Below, in pieces: positions 1-7,977 of a stretch of DNA of 64,000 nt. The stretch's first letter is position 1; each line of letters begins with the position of its first letter. The stretch comes from a virus. The position numbers were made by a program, and so were the translations under genes. Location of the stretch: the IMG/VR virus record IMGVR_UViG_3300037225_000856, positions 48,404-112,403 of that record; one strand, written 5' to 3'. The notes beneath the pieces were generated by a model. That model saw only the letters and a list, made by a program, of their open reading frames with translations, did not search any database and was not told the DNA's origin.

Positions 1-1
1 A

Positions 2-733
2 TTAACAGGTAAAACTTCAAATGAAATACTTAAAGAAATTTTAGTAATGTATTTATTACCTTCTTTCAGTAGTTTTTGTAATAATGTTAGTACTCCTCTT
101 GAAGTTGGTACTACAATAAGTGGTTCAAAATCATTTAGTTTTGGTTTTGCTAATGCAGGTAATGTTTGTGCAAATACTTTATCTATCAGAGACGTTAGTA
201 TAGGCAGTAATATTGCAACTGCTTGTCCAATATCATCACCTCAATCTGCAACTATTAATGCAAAAACATTTGCTTCTTGTGGTAATACTCAAGTTTGGTG
301 TGGCTGTGCTACAAATACATGTGGTGCTCAAATAGGTTCAAGTAGTTATACAATAACAGGATTGTTACCTTATTATTGGGGTGTGTGCACATGCCCGGGT
401 GCTGCTGGTGCTGGTCGTCCAACAGCAACTTGCGCTATGGTAATTGGTGGAACTAAAATACTTGCAAGCAGTGAAGCAATAAGTATTAATTTTAATAGTG
501 GTGTTAATGATTATTTATGGTTTGCAATTCCTGCAACCGTTGCTGCTAAGACTTGTTGGTGTGTAAATGGTATTAATAATGGTGCAATTGGTGGCGGAGT
601 AAGTCCTGCATGTAATCTTTTCCCTGCTCCTAATTCAATTAGTGTTACTACTGCTTGTTGGAGTGGTTGTAATTATTGTGTTTATATTAGTAATAAACAA
701 ACATGTGCAACATCATCAATGTCATTAACATAA
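2..733 (+). CDS. Cys-rich virion/tail-fibre-associated protein (5' partial)
   Basis: Frame is open from base 2 (LTGKTSNEILKEILVMYLLP...), so the true start lies upstream of the window. G/S/T-rich; 17 Cys in the last 228 aa; adjacent to the fibre gene. Confidence 0.6.
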   Translation, partial: LTGKTSNEILKEILVMYLLPSFSSFCNNVSTPLEVGTTISGSKSFSFGFANAGNVCANTLSIRDVSIGSNIATACPISSPQSATINAKTFASCGNTQVWCGCATNTCGAQIGSSSYTITGLLPYYWGVCTCPGAAGAGRPTATCAMVIGGTKILASSEAISINFNSGVNDYLWFAIPATVAAKTCWCVNGINNGAIGGGVSPACNLFPAPNSISVTTACWSGCNYCVYISNKQTCATSSMSLT

Positions 734-741
734 TAAAAATT

Positions 742-781
742 AAAAGATATTTATAAAAACAAAAAGATATTTATAAAAACA
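742..781 (+). repeat. 2 x 20-bp tandem repeat (AAAAGATATTTATAAAAACA), each copy containing the late-promoter core TATTTATA
   Basis: Direct reading: 742-761 = 762-781. Confidence 0.9.
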
Positions 782-792
782 AAATATAGAAA

Positions 793-3700
793 ATGGCAAT
801 AGTTTTAAACGATAACTTAAAAATTAATGTTGGTAATCCGATTGATTCTAAATATTTAAATTCTTTAAATCAACCATATACTGGTGTTACTGCTGTTAAT
901 ACGGCAATAGTATTGTCACAAAGATATGTTGGTTTAACAGTTAATGTAAATAAAATAGAATATTGGTATAAAACAGGTGTTACTGATACTGCTTTAGTTG
1001 TTAAAGATAGTGGTATTGCAAATACCGGACTTACTATAGCAATTAATGGTTTAACAAAGGTTGGTAATGTTGTTAAATTAGGTGGTACATTAACTGGAGA
1101 TACTACAATTAATTTAGCAACACATAATTTAAATTTAACTAATGGTAATTTAAATTTAACAAATGGCAATATACTATTAATAACAGGTAGTTCAATACAA
1201 TGGAGCGATGGTTCATATATTACAAATACTATTAATGGAATAAGTATAATTGATGATGATTTAATTGTTAGTGGTAATACAACAAGCGTTAAATTTATTG
1301 AAAATGGTGTTTGTCTTGCAAATAAATATCTTGCAACTGGAGCAACAAGTGTTAATTCTAAAGCATTATGTGGTTGTATACCAAGTTGTTTTTTAGGTGC
1401 AAATTCTTGTGCAGTAGACAGTGCTAAATTAGGTAATAAATTACCAGCTTATTATCTTAATACTGGCACTACTATTATTTGTGCTTGTGATAGTGCTAAA
1501 TTGAATAATAAATTACCTGCATATTATCTTAATACTGGTTCAACAGCTTTATGTGCTACTTGTGCAGGTAACGCTTCAACATTAGTCGGTTGTACACCAA
1601 ATTCATTTTTATTGTCTGGTGGTACAGCAGTAAATTCATCGAAATTAGGTAGTCATTTACCTGCATATTATCTTAATACAGGTAGTACAGCAATATGTGC
1701 AACAACAGCAATTAATTCAAAAGCATTATGTGGTTGTGTACCTGCAAGTTTTCTTCTTAGTGGTGGTACAGCTAAAAATTCATTATGTTTAGGCGGTAAT
1801 TTAGCTAATACTTATGCATCACTTGCTTCACCTAATTTTACAACATGTATATGTACTCCCGTAATGTGTTCAACAGGTGTAGTTAAAGGAACAATAATAA
1901 GTGGTTCAAGTTGTGTTGAATCACCAGTTATTCAATTAACAACAGGTGCTGGAGCAGGATGTGTTTTCACGTCAAATGCTACTGGTTGTGGTATTTGGTG
2001 TACTCCTGTTGCTGGTGGAATTCTATGGAGTGGTTCAACTGTTAATGGTGTTGGCACTTATTTGTCCGCATCAAAAATTTATTCAAATGTTAATATGACA
2101 TTTGATGGCACAAAATTGGGTGTAACTGGCAATATATGTGCAAGCACTTGCTTATGTTCTTCAATTACAATTGGTACATCATGTGTTTGCAGTCCTATTA
2201 TATTAGGTTCTAGTTGTGTATGTGGTTTTATTGTTTGTAGCAATACGTGTATTCTTGCAGGTACTTGTGTTACAGGTACAATTATGTGCGCATCTTCATG
2301 TGTGAGAAGCCCATTAATTTCTGGTGGAACTGTTTGTGGTTTAACTGCTGTATGTGGTGGAATACATTGCGCAACTACTTGTTTTGCTGGTTCAGGTGCT
2401 GGTTTAACAGGCACTGCAGCCAGTTTAACTGTTGGTTGTGCGACTTGTGCTGTTGGAGCAAAAAATCTTTGTGGCTGTGTACCTACATCATTTTTACTTA
2501 GTGGTGGTACTGCTGTATGTTCAACCTGTGCTGGCAATGCAAGTACCGTGGCTGGTTGTACTCCTTCATGTTTCTTGGGAGTAACCGCATGTGCTTGTGA
2601 TTCGAAATGTTTAGGTGGTCATTTACCTGCATATTATCTCAATACTGGTAGTACTGCAATATGTGCAACTTGTGCAATAGGTGCTAAAAACCTTTGTGGT
2701 TGTGTTCCAGCATCGTTTTTACTTAGTGGTGGTACTGCAAAAAATAGTACTTGTTTAAACGGACAATTAGCAAGTTATTATGCACCAATAGCAAGTCCTA
2801 ATTTTACAACTTGTATTTGCGCACCTATTGTTTGTGCAACTACTTGTTTTGTTGGTAGTGGTGCAGGTTTAACTGGCACTGCAGTTTCACTAAAAAGTAA
2901 TGATTCTTGTTGTTTAAATGGAGTATTAGCTGCAGGTTATCTTTTATCTGGTGGTACAGCTAAAAATTCATTATGTTTAGGTGGTAAATTACCTGCATAT
3001 TACCTTAATACAGGTACTACAATTACTTGTGCAAATGATTCAGCAAAATTAAATAATAGATTACCAGCATATTATCTTAATACTGGCAGTACTGCATTAT
3101 GTGCAACTTGCGCTGGTAATGCATCAACATTAGTAGCTTGCACACCATCATGTTTTTTAGGTGCTACTGCTTGTGCAGTTGATAGTGCAAAATTGGGTAA
3201 TAAATTACCTGCTTATTATCTTAATACTGGTAGTACAGCAATATGTGCAACAACTGCAGGAAATGCATTATGTTTAGGTGGTTCACTTGCTGCTTGTTAT
3301 GCTACAAAAGCATTAGCAATTACTGGTGCTACAAGTTTAGGTAGTGGATGTGTTGTTTATTCAACAGTTGCTAATAATAACTTAAAATTTAAGTCATTAA
3401 GTGGTGGAAGTGGTATTTCAATGAGCAGTACTGCAAATGTAATTAATATTTGTGGTATTGGTTGGTCAAATTTAACTAATGGTTCAACTGTTGTTGGTTG
3501 TGGAACAGTTGCAAGTGGCAACACATCTTTATGTAATACATTTATTGGTGTTTGTGCAGGTAAGAATATTAATATTGCTGGTTGTGATAATACTGGTATT
3601 GGTTTTCAAGCACTTTACAGTAATACTTGTGGTTTTGGCAATGTTGCAATTGGTTTTCAAGCACTTCAAAGTAATATTAGTGGTCTTGGCAATGTTGCAA

Positions 3701-4893
3701 ATGGTTATAAAGCACTTCAAAGTAATATTTGTGGTTATAGTAATATTGCAATTGGTACTAATGCACTTCAAGGTAATATTTGTGGTAGTTGTAATATTGC
3801 AATTGGTCCTGATGCACTTTCTTGTAATAGTTGTGGTTCATATAATGTTGCAATAGGTACTGGTGCACTTGAAGCTAATTGTTGTGGTGGTTGTAATGTT
3901 GCAATTGGTAATAGTGCACTTGAATTTAATATTAGTGGTGTTGGCAATGTTGCAAATGGTTTTCAAGCACTTTTGTATAATATAATTGGTTCTAATAATA
4001 TTGCAATAGGTTTTAATACACTTCGATGTAATGGAGAGTCTTGTAATAATATTGGAATAGGTTCTAATGCACTTTTTAATAATACTTGTGGTTATTGCCT
4101 TATTGCAATAGGTCATCAAGCATTATGCGGTAATATTTGTGGTTGTGATAATGTTGCTGTGGGATATCAGGCACTTTATTTTAATACTGGTGGTACTAAT
4201 AATATTGCAATTGGTTCTCAAACACTTTATTGTAATATAATTGGTTGTGATAATATAGCAAATGGTGTTCAAGCACTTTATTTTAATACTGGTGGTAATG
4301 ATAATATAGCAAATGGTGTTCAAGCACTTTATAATAATATTTGTGGTTGTGATAATATAGCAAATGGTGTTCAAGCACTTTATAATAATACTTGTGGTAA
4401 TGCTAATATTGCAAATGGTGTTCAAGCACTTTATAATAATACTTGTGGTAATGCTAATATTGCAAACGGTACTGCTGCACTTCTGAATAATACTTGTGGT
4501 AATGCTAATGTTGTTAATGGTCATTATGCACTTTATTGCAATACTCATGGTTCATATAATGTTGCAATAGGTTATCAAGCAGGGTATTCACAAGTTACTG
4601 GTAGTACAAGTATATATATAGGTAATTGTGCTGGTTATAACGAAACCGATGGATGTAGACTTTATATTGCAAATTCAGGTACTGTTAATCCATTAATTTA
4701 TGGTGAATTTGATACTAAAAGATTAGTAATAAGTGGTACTACTGAAATTGTAAATGGTACTTGTAATTATTTATATTTAGGCAATAAAGACACTGATGGC
4801 AGTTGGAGATTTGCAATAAGTGGAGGAACAGACTTCATTATTCAAAAAAGAATAGCAACGGTATGGACAACAAAATTATATGTGTTAGGATAA
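793..4893 (+). CDS. Cys-rich long tail fibre/adhesin
   Basis: NGLTKVGNVVKLGGTLTGDT fibre motif; 7 x LPAYYLNTG repeats; GSGAGLTG motifs; ~19 tandem 17-aa NxAxGxxALxxNxxG (YadA-head-like beta-roll) repeats; ~100 Cys by hand count. Confidence 0.75.
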   Translation: MAIVLNDNLKINVGNPIDSKYLNSLNQPYTGVTAVNTAIVLSQRYVGLTVNVNKIEYWYKTGVTDTALVVKDSGIANTGLTIAINGLTKVGNVVKLGGTLTGDTTINLATHNLNLTNGNLNLTNGNILLITGSSIQWSDGSYITNTINGISIIDDDLIVSGNTTSVKFIENGVCLANKYLATGATSVNSKALCGCIPSCFLGANSCAVDSAKLGNKLPAYYLNTGTTIICACDSAKLNNKLPAYYLNTGSTALCATCAGNASTLVGCTPNSFLLSGGTAVNSSKLGSHLPAYYLNTGSTAICATTAINSKALCGCVPASFLLSGGTAKNSLCLGGNLANTYASLASPNFTTCICTPVMCSTGVVKGTIISGSSCVESPVIQLTTGAGAGCVFTSNATGCGIWCTPVAGGILWSGSTVNGVGTYLSASKIYSNVNMTFDGTKLGVTGNICASTCLCSSITIGTSCVCSPIILGSSCVCGFIVCSNTCILAGTCVTGTIMCASSCVRSPLISGGTVCGLTAVCGGIHCATTCFAGSGAGLTGTAASLTVGCATCAVGAKNLCGCVPTSFLLSGGTAVCSTCAGNASTVAGCTPSCFLGVTACACDSKCLGGHLPAYYLNTGSTAICATCAIGAKNLCGCVPASFLLSGGTAKNSTCLNGQLASYYAPIASPNFTTCICAPIVCATTCFVGSGAGLTGTAVSLKSNDSCCLNGVLAAGYLLSGGTAKNSLCLGGKLPAYYLNTGTTITCANDSAKLNNRLPAYYLNTGSTALCATCAGNASTLVACTPSCFLGATACAVDSAKLGNKLPAYYLNTGSTAICATTAGNALCLGGSLAACYATKALAITGATSLGSGCVVYSTVANNNLKFKSLSGGSGISMSSTANVINICGIGWSNLTNGSTVVGCGTVASGNTSLCNTFIGVCAGKNINIAGCDNTGIGFQALYSNTCGFGNVAIGFQALQSNISGLGNVANGYKALQSNICGYSNIAIGTNALQGNICGSCNIAIGPDALSCNSCGSYNVAIGTGALEANCCGGCNVAIGNSALEFNISGVGNVANGFQALLYNIIGSNNIAIGFNTLRCNGESCNNIGIGSNALFNNTCGYCLIAIGHQALCGNICGCDNVAVGYQALYFNTGGTNNIAIGSQTLYCNIIGCDNIANGVQALYFNTGGNDNIANGVQALYNNICGCDNIANGVQALYNNTCGNANIANGVQALYNNTCGNANIANGTAALLNNTCGNANVVNGHYALYCNTHGSYNVAIGYQAGYSQVTGSTSIYIGNCAGYNETDGCRLYIANSGTVNPLIYGEFDTKRLVISGTTEIVNGTCNYLYLGNKDTDGSWRFAISGGTDFIIQKRIATVWTTKLYVLG
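3590..4590 (+). repeat. 51-bp (17-aa) tandem coding repeat array in the fibre gene
   Basis: Repeated aatgttgcaattggt...gcactt units; near-identical copies around 4245-4470 (gataatatagcaaatggtgttcaagcactttat). Confidence 0.85.
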
Positions 4894-4920
4894 TATTATA
4901 AATAAAAAAATAAAAATTTA

Positions 4921-4951
4921 TTTGTTTATTCAATTTCTTTTTATATATTTG
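4921..4951 (+). promoter_or_regulatory. Bacteroidota primary-sigma promoter (TTTG-N19-TATATTTG)
   Basis: Exact match to the -33 TTTG / -7 TAnnTTTG consensus, upstream of 5058. Confidence 0.75.
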
Positions 4952-5057
4952 CATGAAATTAATTAAAAATAATTGAGATTTTTTGTAACCTTTTATAAAA
5001 ATTTTTTGTATGAATATAAAACACTAGAATAAAAATTTTAAATAAACTTATAATAAA

Positions 5058-6116
5058 ATGAAAAAAAAATTAATTGCGTTTTTGGTTTTAATAATGTTTA
5101 CAACAATAAGTTATGGACAACTTATTGCACCAAATGGAATAGAGATTGGTAAGAAAACAAGTCATACTATTTTAAAAACCGATTCTATTGCATTATCTGG
5201 AACACATACAGCTATTTCATATAAAGGTTCAGACACTCTTATGTATTATATTCCTTTTAATGATAGAGCTTATGATAATAATTCTTCTTCGAATTTAATA
5301 CCTGTACTTTCGTCTGATCCTGCAACAGGTAATGCTTACATAAATTCTGTTGATAATAAACTACATTATCTCTCTGGTGGTTATTGGCATCGTGTAGCTA
5401 TTATTGATAGTACGGCAGCTTCAGCATCACCCTCTACTCTTTTAAATGAATTGGTTGGCTATTGGAAGTTTGATGAAACATCAGGAACAAATCTGGCAGA
5501 TGCTACGGCAGGAGCACATAATGCTACCCTTGGAGCAGGTACAGTCAATCAGACAGGAAAAATTGGCAAAGCAGTCACATATAATAATACAGGCTATGCC
5601 ACAGTACCCTATGCAGCATTTTCTGCAATAACAGATAAAGAGACTATTTCTTTTTGGTTTTATCCAACTTCATTACCATCCACTGTTACAAGAAATGAAT
5701 GGCTATTCACTCATGAAATTGCAGGGACAAGCGAAACATCAAGAGTTCTATGGAATAAAGATGATAATAAAATCTATGCGATATTTGATAACACATCAGA
5801 CGTGACTTATCAGGTTAATAGTGCAGCAATAACAGGGCTCAGTCAATGGTACCACATAGTCGCTGTTTGTCCCGGTAATGGTCAGGCACTTAAACTTTAT
5901 ATCAATGATGTTGATGTTTCAACTTCACCCGGTACATTTTCCGGCACACTGAAAGTCTCAACTGCTCAGGCTATTATTGCCAATGATGATGCTAGTGACA
6001 ATTATGGGTTAGTAGGAACTTTGGACGAATTGGGGATATGGAGAAGGGCTTTGTCCGCTTCAGGGGTTGATTCAGTATATGTTAAAGAAAATACAGGAAC
6101 AAGTTATCCATTTTAA
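5058..6116 (+). CDS. Sec-signal protein with LamG/concanavalin-A-like domain
   Basis: MKKKLIAFLVLIMFTTISYG-Q signal peptide; LVGYWKFDE...WYHIVAV...LYIND...GTLDELGIWRRALS is the Laminin_G_3 pattern. Confidence 0.85.
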   Translation: MKKKLIAFLVLIMFTTISYGQLIAPNGIEIGKKTSHTILKTDSIALSGTHTAISYKGSDTLMYYIPFNDRAYDNNSSSNLIPVLSSDPATGNAYINSVDNKLHYLSGGYWHRVAIIDSTAASASPSTLLNELVGYWKFDETSGTNLADATAGAHNATLGAGTVNQTGKIGKAVTYNNTGYATVPYAAFSAITDKETISFWFYPTSLPSTVTRNEWLFTHEIAGTSETSRVLWNKDDNKIYAIFDNTSDVTYQVNSAAITGLSQWYHIVAVCPGNGQALKLYINDVDVSTSPGTFSGTLKVSTAQAIIANDDASDNYGLVGTLDELGIWRRALSASGVDSVYVKENTGTSYPF

Positions 6117-6127
6117 AATATATAGTC

Positions 6128-7969
6128 ATGAAAAAAATATTAATGTTATTTTGTTTTTTAGTTTTCACTTCTTCGCTATTCAGTCAGGCTTGGACATTTC
6201 CGGGATGGCAACCATATAAGGTAAAGCAGTATTTTGGAGATAGTGTTTATGTTGCAAAGGATATTAGGACACCTTCTGGTTATGTGCAGACACAGTTAAA
6301 TACTTTGCAAGATAGCATAGCAGCACTTAGGACATCTATTATATCATTACAAGCAGCTTCATCACCCTCTTATCCTACATATTACATAGCTAATGCAGGT
6401 TCGGATGGGGCAGATGGGTTAACACCTGCAACACCTTGGCAGACAATAGCAAAAATAAATAGTGCAATGGCATCATTAGTTCCCGGATCAAAAGTTTATT
6501 TTAATCGTGGGGATCAGTGGAGAGAACAACTTACTATAACACAAAATGGTTCAGCAACGAATCCGATTACCTTTACAGCTTACGGAACAGGGGCAAAGCC
6601 CAAGATTAACGCCGCCGATATTAAGACAGGATGGGGTCATAAATATCATCAATATTCAAATATCTGGGGAATAGTCTGTCCTAATGTTACTCCTGCAAGG
6701 TGTATGGTAGTTATTAATGGGATACTTTTCACGCAGACTACTTCGGTGGCGGCATTGAGTTCAGGTAAATATTTCATCAAGGTAGGTACTCCTGATAGTG
6801 TCTATGTTTGTTCAGCTACCGATCCTTCTACGGTGACATCTGAAGTATCGGCAAGGGATTATGGTATTTATTCAACAAAAAAATATCTTACTATTTCTTA
6901 TCTGGATGTAAGAATGGCGGGAAGTAAGGGGATATTACTTGAAGGCTCAGGTGTAGAAGTGGATGGATATTCGCTCATTGATAGTTGCAATGTTTATCGT
7001 AACAGACTTGCCGGAATTGGTCTTTATGACGGATATAGTTATTCTACAATACAGAGATGTACAGGTACGTATAATGGTAATACGTTTATCTCATGGGGTA
7101 ATCAAATTGGTGGTGAAGGAACAGGAGGGGTAGGTAGTGATTATAATACAATTAAGAATTGTTATTCTGCTTATTCTATACACGATTATGCTATAGCGGG
7201 ACAATATTCAGATGGAACTGCTTATCAGACATTTAATTCTAATGGTGATGTTATTCAAAACAATGAAAGTGGTCATGATGCAGAGGGTATATTTCTTGAT
7301 CCCCATACAAAAGGTAGTACAACGGTGACTTGTAGATACAATTACGTTCATGATTGTAATACCACAACAGCCAGTCAAGCTATTGGAATTGGTACTTCTG
7401 GGACGGGTGATGTTTTCAATATTTATTATAATCTAGTTGTTAACTGTGGTAACTCAGGAGGAGCCTACGCACCGATTATGTTTGCGAATACAATTGGAGG
7501 CCATGTATATTTTTATAATAACACTGTTTATAATAATGGGGTTGCAGTTATACTTACACAACTTTTTGCAGTACATGGCACGAATATAACAATGAAGAAT
7601 AATATATTCTATTTTTCGACAGCTTCAGATAGCTATTATTTCAACTGGGAAATCAGTAGTACTGGATTCTGGACAAGTGATTATAATCAAGTATATAAAT
7701 CTACAGGAGGTACTGCTGTATATGCTTATGCTCAATACAACGGAGGAGCACCTTATACTACTTTTGCAGCATGGAAATCAGCAAGCAGTCAGGATGCTCA
7801 TAGTGGCTATGTCGACCCATTATTTACTACGACTGGATCAGATTTTACCCTACAGACAGGTTCACCTTGTAAGAATACAGGAACAGTTATTGCAACTATC
7901 CCACAAGTAGATATTTTAGGCAATCCAATAGTCGGGTTGCCGGACATGGGATGTTATGAACATCAATAA
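6128..7969 (+). CDS. Sec-signal right-handed beta-helix (pectin-lyase-fold) protein
   Basis: Signal peptide ending FS-Q; YYIANAGSDGADGLTPATPWQTI, FNRGDQW, PITFTAYGTGAKP, NNTVYNN/KNNIF repeats; C-terminal DFTLQTGSPC...PDMGCYE (choice-of-anchor-Q-like tail). Confidence 0.8.
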   Translation: MKKILMLFCFLVFTSSLFSQAWTFPGWQPYKVKQYFGDSVYVAKDIRTPSGYVQTQLNTLQDSIAALRTSIISLQAASSPSYPTYYIANAGSDGADGLTPATPWQTIAKINSAMASLVPGSKVYFNRGDQWREQLTITQNGSATNPITFTAYGTGAKPKINAADIKTGWGHKYHQYSNIWGIVCPNVTPARCMVVINGILFTQTTSVAALSSGKYFIKVGTPDSVYVCSATDPSTVTSEVSARDYGIYSTKKYLTISYLDVRMAGSKGILLEGSGVEVDGYSLIDSCNVYRNRLAGIGLYDGYSYSTIQRCTGTYNGNTFISWGNQIGGEGTGGVGSDYNTIKNCYSAYSIHDYAIAGQYSDGTAYQTFNSNGDVIQNNESGHDAEGIFLDPHTKGSTTVTCRYNYVHDCNTTTASQAIGIGTSGTGDVFNIYYNLVVNCGNSGGAYAPIMFANTIGGHVYFYNNTVYNNGVAVILTQLFAVHGTNITMKNNIFYFSTASDSYYFNWEISSTGFWTSDYNQVYKSTGGTAVYAYAQYNGGAPYTTFAAWKSASSQDAHSGYVDPLFTTTGSDFTLQTGSPCKNTGTVIATIPQVDILGNPIVGLPDMGCYEHQ

Positions 7970-7977
7970 AAATTAGT

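Noticed and set aside
3590-4590. Possible CRISPR array or DGR variable repeat
   Set aside because: The units are in-frame 51-bp coding repeats with no unique spacers. No cas gene, reverse transcriptase or adenine-specific template/variable repeat pair is visible in the window.
2-4893. Codon reassignment (TGT/TGC not Cys, or stop-codon recoding) as an explanation for the Cys excess
   Set aside because: Cys codons fall at expected CxxC and catalytic positions in other genes, enzymes have normal Cys levels, and conserved genes are intact under the standard code with TAA, TGA and TAG all used as stops.
4984-5012. TGTAACC...TGTATG as an ECF-sigma promoter
   Set aside because: Only one convincing instance in the window, so it cannot be distinguished from chance.
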